Of a DNA stretch of 64,000 bases, positions 28,804 through 38,750 are shown one piece after another (the stretch's first letter is position 1; every line of letters starts with the position of its first letter). The translations under genes were made by a program, and so were the position numbers. The notes beneath the pieces were generated by a model. It saw nothing but the letters and a program-made list of their open reading frames with translations, was not told where the DNA came from and did no database searches. Origin of the DNA: Nitriliruptorales bacterium (GTDB lineage: Bacteria; Actinomycetota; Nitriliruptoria; Nitriliruptorales; JAHWKO01); the NCBI GenBank assembly GCA_046263195.1, contig JBHELG010000040.1, positions 1,186-65,185 on the forward strand. The letters are read 5' to 3'.

Positions 28804-28805
28804 GC

Positions 28806-29492
28806 TCAGGCTCCTGCCTGAGGAGCGCTCGTCCCCCGCTGAGATGGGCGGGGTCGTTCTTGAGGTGGGGCGGCAGCCGTCCAGCCCCCGGGGAAGGCGC
28901 TAGGCGGGGGCAGCGAGCCGTAGGCGGCTGCGAGGATTTGCTCGTCTACGCATGGTCCCGGGCAGGGCATGGGTGCGAGCTCGTGGTAGGTCCCCGCGCC
29001 GACGGGGTTGTCTCCGGTGGCGAGGAAGTGAGCGACCTGGACGTGGAGGCACTTGACGTAGGTGGGCATGCCTCCTGCTGCCGGTGTGCCGGGTAGTGGC
29101 GCATCGATACGGTCTCGGAAGGCGATGTACCGTTCTGCAGCTGCTTCATAGCCCGCGGCGAGGGTCGAATCGCGGGCGAGCCGCTGGTTCACCGCCGTCA
29201 TGCTGCCCTCGGATTCCATGCGCCCCACGCGCCGTCGTGCCAGTGGGCAGACGAGCCAGAAGACGGTCGGAAAGGGAGTGCCGTCTTCCAGACGTGGTGA
29301 GACTCGCACGACGGTCGGGAGCCCGTAGATGCAGCGGTGCGCGACGGCGATGTCACCGCGGGCGGGGCGACCCAGTTGGGCGGACACCACTGCCCGCTCG
29401 GCATGGCCGATCTTCGACGCTGCCTCCGCCCGTGAGTACGAGGCCTGCCCGTCCTCTCGCAGGGCGTCGTCAGCCGGAGGTGGAAGGTTCAT
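28806..29492 (-). CDS. DUF501 domain protein
   Basis: GTPFPTVFWLVCP motif. It sits in the conserved position between the ftsB-like gene and ppx. Confidence 0.75.
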   Translation of the reverse strand: MNLPPPADDALREDGQASYSRAEAASKIGHAERAVVSAQLGRPARGDIAVAHRCIYGLPTVVRVSPRLEDGTPFPTVFWLVCPLARRRVGRMESEGSMTAVNQRLARDSTLAAGYEAAAERYIAFRDRIDAPLPGTPAAGGMPTYVKCLHVQVAHFLATGDNPVGAGTYHELAPMPCPGPCVDEQILAAAYGSLPPPSAFPGGWTAAAPPQERPRPSQRGTSAPQAGA

Positions 29493-29508
29493 GGGGCCAA
29501 GACGAACG

Positions 29509-29919
29509 TCAGCGACGCGCCTCCCGCTGCCGACGGGCCTCGCCCTGGATCATCTGGGAGACGTGCATGAAGCGACGCAGCCGCTTGTCGAACTCCTTGT
29601 CGAGCTTGCTCCGACGCGGCTGAGGGGGTTCGGGCTCCCACTCAGGGTCCGCCTGCTTGATCGACAGGTCGACCTTGCCGTCCTCCTTGATATTGAGAAC
29701 CTTGACGTCGACCTCCTGGCCCTCGGCAAGGTAGGCGAAAATGTTCTCGACATAGTCGCGGTCGACTTCGGACACATGGCACAGCCCAGTCACCACGCGA
29801 TTGTCGTTCGGATCCTCGGGGCTGAGCGGAACCTCGACGAACGCGCCGTACTCCTCGAGTCGGACGACGCGACCCTTCACGATCTGACCTTCGGAGATCA
29901 ACCGCCCTCCTTCCAACAC
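29509..29919 (-). CDS. S1 RNA-binding domain protein (YabR/GSP13-like)
   Basis: 136 aa. S1 fold signature GQIVKGRVVRLEEYGAFVEV...GLCHVSEV. Confidence 0.8.
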   Translation of the reverse strand: MLEGGRLISEGQIVKGRVVRLEEYGAFVEVPLSPEDPNDNRVVTGLCHVSEVDRDYVENIFAYLAEGQEVDVKVLNIKEDGKVDLSIKQADPEWEPEPPQPRRSKLDKEFDKRLRRFMHVSQMIQGEARRQREARR

Positions 29920-30232
29920 GGGTCCCGCCCGCCTCCGTCGCCGTTTTGGGCGCTACTTGTCGCGGCCTTTGGCCATCTTTGTCGCGGCAGCGGGTTGCAC
30001 GCGAGGCCGCTCCAGCGCAAATCTTGCCGGACTTCAGTTTCCGCACTCATGCGACTCTCAGCCGAGCGCGCAGCGAAGTCGGGAGCGGGCGCCCCCGAGG
30101 CGCCCGGAGATCAGGGTAGGCAGCGCAGCAGCCGACAGCAAACCTGGCCGGGCCCCTCCCGCCCCCGTTCCGTCTTCAGCCGGTCCGGTCGCCGCCGGAC
30201 GCTGCCTGGCAAAACTCCTCGGCCTCCTGACG

Positions 30233-32548
<2,316 letters not shown>

Positions 32549-32649
32549 GTCGGTCCCTTTCGCATTCCTGGGCCCTGTCGCCCGAACCTATTCTCTGTCC
32601 CCCGAGAGGGTCGCACAATCATGCCCCCACCGCCTTCGTCGCGGTCTGG

Positions 32650-32868
32650 CAGGCCCAAGACCGTTACTACGACGTTCAGGCCCAAGCGTTACTACGACGT
32701 CTCCGGCAAAGTCGGGCCTTGCCGCCTCGGTCGTGCAGGCCCAAGACCGTTACTACGACGTCTTCGGCAAAGTCGGGCCTTGCCGCCTCGGTCATGCAGG
32801 CCCGAGACCGCTACTACGACCTCTGCCCCTGCATCTGGCCAGCTCGCCTCCGTCGCCGTCTGGCAGGC
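32650..32868. repeat. intergenic tandem repeat (61-nt period; 27-nt core x4 plus two near-identical 34-nt linkers)
   Basis: Core CAGGCCCAAGACCGTTACTACGACGTC at 32650, 32677 (2-nt deletion), 32736 and 32797 (3 substitutions). Linkers at 32702-32735 and 32763-32796 differ at 2 positions. A flanking 24-mer is repeated at 22/24 identity (32631-32654 / 32845-32868). Confidence 0.9.
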
Positions 32869-32885
32869 AAGTCACGAGCTCTGGC

Positions 32886-34019
32886 TCAGGCTTGCCCGGC
32901 TGCTTCCCACAGCCGTGACCACGACGCCGGGTCGAGCGTCTCCAGGCTGAGGCCTTCTTCTGCCGCGGCAGCGGCTGCGGACTCGAAACGGCTGCGGAAG
33001 CGCGCCGCCGCGCGTCGCAGTGCCCGTTCGGGATCGACGTCGAGCTGGCGGGCGAGAGCCACGACGGCGGCGAGCAGCTCTCCCAACCGCTCCTCGTTTG
33101 TGTCCGGATCCCCCCGCTTGTGCGCCGCATCTTCGACTCGTGTGCAGATGTGATCGGCGGCCTCGAACGAATCGAATCCGAGTCTTGCAGCCCGCCGCTG
33201 CAACTTCTCGGCAAGCTGGAGAGCTGGAAGCGCCGCGGGCACACCCTCGAATGGACCGGTGCGCGCCTTCTCCTGCTGTTTGAGGTCCTCCCATCGCGCC
33301 TTGACCTCGTCCGCCCCGGAGACCTGCACGTCGCCGAATACGTGGGGATGGCGGCGTACGAGCTTGTCGGCGATCCCACGCGCTACATCGTCGAGCGTGA
33401 AGGCTCTCCGGTCGGCGCCGATCTCTGCGTGGAAGACCACTTGCAACAGCACGTCACCCAACTCTTCGACAATGGCCTCGTCATCCCCGCTGTCGATGGC
33501 CTCCAGTAGCTCGTAGGTCTCCTCCACGAGATAGCGCGCGAGAGAAGCATGGTCCTGCTGCAGGTCCCAGGGGCAGCCCCGCTCGGGGTCCCGCAGGCGG
33601 CGCTCAACCTCGGTAAGACGCAGTACCTCGACGCCTGGTGGCTCGAGATGGAAGACGAACTCGACCTCGATTGCGTCCCGCGTCGCCTCGAGTCCCACCA
33701 CCCGACGGAAGGAGTCGCTGTCGGCCGGGCCCAGCAGGTAGAAGGCGACGCCTTCCACCTCCGCAAGTTCGAGTAGCGCTCGCGCGTAGCGACGGTCCTC
33801 GACAGAGCCTGGCTGGCTCAGGTCGAGGCGGCGCAGGTTCAGGTCGGCCGGTTCGAGTCGGACGAGCGGGATATCAGCGAGCGCGAGGTAGGGGGCTGAA
33901 GGGTGGGTGTCGGGATTGCGAGCCCAGACGAGTTCCGCGTCCCGCAGCGCTTCCCACGACTGGAGGGGGAACAGGCCGGGCAGACGCTCAGAGGCTTCGA
34001 CGAGCACGACTCGAGTCAT
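32886..34019 (-). CDS. mazG: nucleoside triphosphate pyrophosphohydrolase MazG (long actinobacterial form)
   Basis: 377 aa: RLRDPERGCPWDLQQDHASLARYLVEETYELLEAI, tandem MazG modules (EELGDVLLQVVFHAEI). Confidence 0.88.
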   Translation of the reverse strand: MTRVVLVEASERLPGLFPLQSWEALRDAELVWARNPDTHPSAPYLALADIPLVRLEPADLNLRRLDLSQPGSVEDRRYARALLELAEVEGVAFYLLGPADSDSFRRVVGLEATRDAIEVEFVFHLEPPGVEVLRLTEVERRLRDPERGCPWDLQQDHASLARYLVEETYELLEAIDSGDDEAIVEELGDVLLQVVFHAEIGADRRAFTLDDVARGIADKLVRRHPHVFGDVQVSGADEVKARWEDLKQQEKARTGPFEGVPAALPALQLAEKLQRRAARLGFDSFEAADHICTRVEDAAHKRGDPDTNEERLGELLAAVVALARQLDVDPERALRRAAARFRSRFESAAAAAAEEGLSLETLDPASWSRLWEAAGQA

Positions 34020-34051
34020 CTTCTCATGTGCCGAGGGATTCGAGGGTCACG

Positions 34052-35191
34052 TCATCCGCCCGTAGCCTCTGGCGAGGGTCCGAGGTCGCGCCCGGGAACC
34101 GGGCTGGCGGGCGCCAACGGGCTGTTGGGCACCACCTGTGCGCTCTCCGGATCCCAGTCCCCGAAGCGGGGGTCGACCTGGATTTCGGAGGACCGCAGGG
34201 CCTCGCGGAACCACTCATCCAGGGCCCGCTGGACGGCTGGGCCCTGGAGGTCGCGCTGTAACTGGTCGCGTACTTCGTCGAAGGGGAGGGTCCGAAAACC
34301 GTTCACTCTGACCACGTGCCAACCGAAGCGGGTCTGGATGGGCCCGATGAGTTCGCCCGGCTTGGCTTGCCACACCGCCTCCTCGAATTCGGGTACGAAC
34401 TGGCCGCGAGCAAACTCTCCGAGTGCCCCCCCGGCGCCCGCGGTGGTGGGATCCTTCGAGCGTTCCCGTGCGAGCTGGGCAAAATCCACACCCCCGCGCA
34501 GCATTGCCAGGATCTGCTCGGCTTCCTCGCGCGTCTGGACCAGGATGTGGTCAGAGTTGACGACCCGATAGGTGGCGTCCTTCTCGCGCTCGTACGCCGC
34601 TCGGAGATCCGCCTCACCAATCGTGACCTGTCGAGCGAAGCGGTCGCCGAGCAGCTCGGTTCGGAGGAGGGCGGCGATCTGCTCCCGTACGTCCTGCTCC
34701 GTGCGACCTCGTCTGGCGATTTCGGCCCTCAGGGCCTCGACCCCTCCGAACTGCTCCGCCACCTCCTGGAAGCGCTGCTCGACCTGGGCATCGGTGGCGC
34801 TGATCCCGAGATCCCCGGCGGACTGCCTGACGACCTCGTCGCGTATGAGCTGGGTGAGCAACTGGCGCTGGGCCTCTCCGATCCGGGGGTAGTCCGAAGG
34901 CGCCGGAGCCGCCTCCGGCGGCTGCAATGCGAGCGTCTCTGCCTTCAGGAGAACTTCCAGCGTGCTCTCCTGAATCGGGACGCCATTGACGCTCGCGGCT
35001 GCCGCGATGCCCGGCCCCTTCCCGCATGCGCTCAGGGCTAAGAACAGGGCGGCGGTGAGAACACGGGTGCGCACGGAACTGCTCCGCTTCCGAGGGAGGG
35101 GAAGGAAATCTCCGGGTGGACGGCCGGGGAAGTTAGCCACGCCCCGCAGGCTAGCTGTTGTCTGAGCCGGGGTTCGAACCGCCCCTGTCAT
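34052..35191 (-). CDS. parvulin-type peptidyl-prolyl isomerase lipoprotein (SurA/PrsA-like)
   Basis: Lipobox LALSACG and a C-terminal parvulin domain (...GPIQTRFGWHVVRV). Confidence 0.8.
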   Translation of the reverse strand: MTGAVRTPAQTTASLRGVANFPGRPPGDFLPLPRKRSSSVRTRVLTAALFLALSACGKGPGIAAAASVNGVPIQESTLEVLLKAETLALQPPEAAPAPSDYPRIGEAQRQLLTQLIRDEVVRQSAGDLGISATDAQVEQRFQEVAEQFGGVEALRAEIARRGRTEQDVREQIAALLRTELLGDRFARQVTIGEADLRAAYEREKDATYRVVNSDHILVQTREEAEQILAMLRGGVDFAQLARERSKDPTTAGAGGALGEFARGQFVPEFEEAVWQAKPGELIGPIQTRFGWHVVRVNGFRTLPFDEVRDQLQRDLQGPAVQRALDEWFREALRSSEIQVDPRFGDWDPESAQVVPNSPLAPASPVPGRDLGPSPEATGG

Positions 35192-35218
35192 CCCTTCCCT
35201 GGCCTGGTGAGGTGTCTC

Positions 35219-36112
35219 TCATCGCCTCACCCCTCGAGCCGCTGGTTCGGGTCCTCGAAGAGCATCTCGTCCCCCCCTTCGGGCCCCCGGTCGATGATGC
35301 AGTTCCCGAACCGTCAGGATGACGAAGAACTCGACCACGGCAAGGGTGGCCATTGTCGCAGAGCCCGCTGTGCCCAGATGGAAGCTTGCGAGTAGCCCGG
35401 CAACCACCGCCAGCGCTCCAAAGCCGGTCGCCGCGGCCATCATCGCCGGTACTCGCCGCACGATGAGGGCTGCCGTGGCCGGGGGAGCCACGATGAAGCT
35501 GAACACGAGCAGCGTCCCGACGGCTCGGAACGATGCGACGATGGCGACCGCGAGCAGCACGAGCATGGCCGCATGAGCAAGCTCTGGCCGCATCCCGAGC
35601 GCTTCCGCCTTGCGGCGGTCGAACGACAACACGAGCAAGGGCCGGTAGAGGAGAGCCGACGCGGCCAGCACCGTCACCGAGGAGAGCGCTGCCATGCGGA
35701 TGTCGCCGGTGGTGACACCGAGGACGTCGCCGAAGAGGATGGCGGTGAGATCTCCCGCAAAGGACTGGGCTTTCGATGCGATGAGCACACCGAGCGCCAG
35801 CATGCCCACGAACAACAGACCGATGCCGGCGTCCTCCGTGAGACGGGCACGGCGGTGCACGATGCTCAAGCCCGCGATCATGATCCCCGCCGCCACAGCC
35901 GCTCCCACGCCGAGGTTGAAACCGAGCAGGTGCGCGAGGGTCAGGCCCGGCAGAACGCCGTGGGCGAGTGCGTCACCCATGAAGGTCATGCCTCGGAGCA
36001 CGACCCAGGTTCCCACAACGGAGGTTACGACGACCGTGACGAGCCCCGCGACGAGGGCGGTGCGCATGAAAGCGCACACGTCGCAGGTAAACGGCTCGAG
36101 CAACCATTCCAC
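35219..36112 (-). CDS. znuB: metal (Zn/Mn) ABC transporter permease, ABC-3 family
   Basis: 297 aa with 8-9 TM helices, typical of the ZnuB/TroCD family. It lies adjacent to the binding protein and a Fur-family gene. Metal specificity is inferred. Confidence 0.75.
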   Translation of the reverse strand: MEWLLEPFTCDVCAFMRTALVAGLVTVVVTSVVGTWVVLRGMTFMGDALAHGVLPGLTLAHLLGFNLGVGAAVAAGIMIAGLSIVHRRARLTEDAGIGLLFVGMLALGVLIASKAQSFAGDLTAILFGDVLGVTTGDIRMAALSSVTVLAASALLYRPLLVLSFDRRKAEALGMRPELAHAAMLVLLAVAIVASFRAVGTLLVFSFIVAPPATAALIVRRVPAMMAAATGFGALAVVAGLLASFHLGTAGSATMATLAVVEFFVILTVRELHHRPGARRGGRDALRGPEPAARGVRR

Positions 36113-36130
36113 CGCCCACTCCTCGGCGAG

Positions 36131-37159
36131 TTACGTGCGCAGGGCATCGGCGATACGACGCGCATTCGTTCGCATCATGTCGAGGTAGGTGCTCGCGCCA
36201 GACCCTTCGGGGCCGAGCGAGTCCGTATAGAGCTCGACCACGTTGACCTGGCCTCCCAGTTCCTGGCTGAGGGCCTCTGCCAGGCGGGGGGAGGCGATGG
36301 TCTCTATGAAGATGGCCCGCACTCCTGTCTGTCGCACGGTTCCCGCCAGTTCGGCGAGCTGCTGACTGCTCGTCTCGGCGAGTGTCCCGCCTCCGGGAAT
36401 CACCGTGCCGATGACCTGGAAACCGTAACGCGCCGCGAAGTAGCCGAGCGTCTCATGGTTCGTCACGAGCTTGCGGTTCGAAGCGGGGACAGCCGCGAGC
36501 GTCTGTTCGATCTCGGCGTGCAGGTCCTGCACCGCCCCCATGTAGGTATTGGCGTTGTGGGTGAGACTGTCGGATGCCGCGGGGGCAACCGTGGCCAGGC
36601 TGGTCGCGATGAGCTCCACCGCCTCGACCATCCGCAGCGGATCCTGCCAGAAGTGGGGATCCAGTCCGTCCTGCTGTGGCGGGGAGGTGGCTCGCTCTGA
36701 CATGCCTTCGTGCTCGGCTTCGTGGTCGTGTTCCAGCAGCTGGGGTTCCGAGTAGGGAAGCGGGTGGATGGCCTCGGCGACCCTGACCACGGTCGTGCCG
36801 CGTTGCTCGGCGGCGGCAAGAGCGTCGAGAAGACTGCTTTCCAGGCCGAGTCCGTTGGCCACGACGATGTCCGCCTCCTCCAACTGCTTCACTTGGGTGG
36901 GGGAGGGTTGGAACGCATGGGGGTCGGTGCCAACCTGCATGAGCGGGATGACACGGCCGGTGTCGCCGACGACTTGTCCGACGACGTCCCCGAGGATCGA
37001 CGTCGTGGCGACGACCTGGAGTTCCTTGGCCTCCACCGGCCGGGACGAGGGTGCGTCGCCACAGCCGGTGACTGCGACAGCGATGGCGCCGGCTACGATC
37101 GCGTGCAAGCACCCGTCCAAGAACCTGGCACCCACGCGTCGTCGCTCCTCGTACGTCAT
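36131..37159 (-). CDS. znuA: metal ABC transporter substrate-binding lipoprotein (ZnuA/TroA family)
   Basis: Lipobox (AVTGCG) and an acidic/His-rich loop (LLEHDHEAEHEGM) typical of ZnuA. Confidence 0.78.
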   Translation of the reverse strand: MTYEERRRVGARFLDGCLHAIVAGAIAVAVTGCGDAPSSRPVEAKELQVVATTSILGDVVGQVVGDTGRVIPLMQVGTDPHAFQPSPTQVKQLEEADIVVANGLGLESSLLDALAAAEQRGTTVVRVAEAIHPLPYSEPQLLEHDHEAEHEGMSERATSPPQQDGLDPHFWQDPLRMVEAVELIATSLATVAPAASDSLTHNANTYMGAVQDLHAEIEQTLAAVPASNRKLVTNHETLGYFAARYGFQVIGTVIPGGGTLAETSSQQLAELAGTVRQTGVRAIFIETIASPRLAEALSQELGGQVNVVELYTDSLGPEGSGASTYLDMMRTNARRIADALRT

Positions 37160-37171
37160 CGGGCAGCATAA

Positions 37172-37186
37172 TGAGAATGGTTCCTA
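37172..37186. promoter_or_regulatory. candidate Zur (Fur-family) box in the znuA / znuC divergent region
   Basis: AT-rich TGAGAATGGTTCCTA (TnnGAAnnnTTCnnA symmetry), 13 nt upstream of the znuA ATG. Confidence 0.4.
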
Positions 37187-37361
37187 GGATAAACACCGGG
37201 TCTTGGTCTGTTCCCTCTCGAGTATGGGCGTGCGGTTCGCCCACGCCGTGGGGAGAGGACTGAGGTCGACCCCTTGGCCCGCAATCCGGCATAGTCAGCC
37301 GCGGAAGCGGAGAGACGGTGCGGAGGGCGAGGTAGGCGAGAGTGGAGGGCGTGGTGCGACG

Positions 37362-38162
37362 TTGAAGGCGGATGCGAGCGTGAACGGGGATCCGAACATC
37401 TCGGTCAACATTCAGGACTTGACCGTGGCCTACGGACAGCAGTTGGCCCTGCGGATCTCGCGTTTGACCGTGCCGGCGGAACGCATCACAGCGGTCATCG
37501 GACCGAACGGATCCGGCAAGTCGACGCTGCTCGACGCGGTCGCCGGTCTCGTGACACCCGTCGCAGGCGGAGTCGAGGTGTTCGGCCGGCCTCCCGCGGT
37601 CGCGCGTCGCCACGTGGCTTATGTCTTGCAGAACACGAACCCCAATGAAGTCGTCCCGCTGACGGTCAACGAGGTCGTCGCCATGGGCCGCTACGCCAGC
37701 CTGGGAACGTTCCGTCCGCTCCGCAGCCGCGACCGACATGCGGTGAAGCGGGCCATGCAGCGTCTTGCGATCGACTCATTGGGGCGCCGTCACCTGACGG
37801 AGTTGTCCGGAGGACAGCGGCAGCGGGTCTACGTGGCGCAGGCTCTCGCCCAGGAGGCGGATCTCCTGCTGCTCGACGAGGCAGGAAGCGGCCTCGACTT
37901 GCCGACCAAGGAGCGTATGGCCGAGATCCTGGTGGAGGAACGAGACGCTGGCCGGACCGTCATGTATACGACCCACGACGTGGGGGAGGCAGCGGAGGCT
38001 GACATGGTCGTGCTCCTCGCGAGAGAGGTCGTGGCGGCCGGGACAGCAGAAGCCGTGCTGAACACCAGCAATCTCGCAGCCACCTACGGAGCCCCGATCC
38101 ACCTCGCCGGGGCGGGGACTGTTGTTCTGGCCGACTCCCGTCACCCTCATCACTCAGCGTGA
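37362..38162 (+). CDS. znuC: metal ABC transporter ATP-binding protein
   Basis: Walker A GPNGSGKST, signature LSGGQRQR, Walker B LLLLDE. The N-terminal ~50 aa of ORF 37203.. look non-coding. The start is probably TTG 37362 or GTG 37380. Confidence 0.82.
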   Translation: MKADASVNGDPNISVNIQDLTVAYGQQLALRISRLTVPAERITAVIGPNGSGKSTLLDAVAGLVTPVAGGVEVFGRPPAVARRHVAYVLQNTNPNEVVPLTVNEVVAMGRYASLGTFRPLRSRDRHAVKRAMQRLAIDSLGRRHLTELSGGQRQRVYVAQALAQEADLLLLDEAGSGLDLPTKERMAEILVEERDAGRTVMYTTHDVGEAAEADMVVLLAREVVAAGTAEAVLNTSNLAATYGAPIHLAGAGTVVLADSRHPHHSA

Positions 38163-38187
38163 GGGCGACGAGGCGAGCGCCCGGCAA

Positions 38188-38208
38188 TTCTGATAGCTAT
38201 TCTCAGAA
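38188..38208. promoter_or_regulatory. second candidate Zur box upstream of zur
   Basis: AT-rich TTCTGAtagctattcTCAGAA inverted repeat. It contains TGAGAAT (minus strand, 38199-38205), the same heptamer as in the znuA box. Confidence 0.35.
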
Positions 38209-38306
38209 CGGGGCCAGGCTCTGCTGTGAGGTCCGAGCCGTGAGCGGCACGTCGTCGGAGCGAGGCGAGAGGAGCTGTCCCAGGGCCCCTAACACGGGCG
38301 ACGGGG

Positions 38307-38750
38307 ATGGTCGTGAGCGGAGACATACACGACGAGGTGGCACAGCGGCTTCGCCGCGTCCGCCAACGCTATACACGCGGTCGCAGGGAGCTCGTCGACA
38401 CGCTCACGGCGGCCGACCGTCCGCTCTCCATCCCGGAGATCATCGACACGCAGCCTGGACTACCCCAGAGCACGCTCTACCGCAACCTCCAGGTGCTCGA
38501 ACAAGCAGGCGCGGTCCGACGAGTCGTGGCCATGGCCGACACGAGTGCCCGCTTCGAGCTCGCCGAGGATCTCACGGCGCACCATCACCACCTCATCTGC
38601 ATCTCCTGCGGCTCCGTGCGGGACTTCCAGGCATCCTCGAGGCTCGAGCGCATGCTCGATGAGGCCCTCGACGAGGCGGGTAGACGAGACGGCTTCATGG
38701 CTGACCATCACCGCCTCGACCTCGTCGGGGTCTGCCGCGACTGCGGCTGA
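38307..38750 (+). CDS. zur: Fur-family metalloregulator (Zur-like)
   Basis: 147 aa with a winged helix (STLYRNLQVLEQAGAV), HHHHLICISCGSV and CRDCG metal sites. Confidence 0.85.
   Translation: MVVSGDIHDEVAQRLRRVRQRYTRGRRELVDTLTAADRPLSIPEIIDTQPGLPQSTLYRNLQVLEQAGAVRRVVAMADTSARFELAEDLTAHHHHLICISCGSVRDFQASSRLERMLDEALDEAGRRDGFMADHHRLDLVGVCRDCG

Noticed and set aside
32650-32823. CRISPR-like geometry (27-nt repeats with 34-nt intervening segments)
   Set aside because: The two 'spacers' are nearly identical to each other (2 mismatches). The first two repeats abut without any spacer, there are only four copies, and no cas genes are present. This is a tandem duplication, not a CRISPR array.
35165-35190. 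GGGGTTCGAACCGCCCC T-loop-like sequence suggesting a tRNA
   Set aside because: It lies inside the N-terminal coding region of the PPIase lipoprotein gene. No acceptor, D or anticodon arms can be formed.
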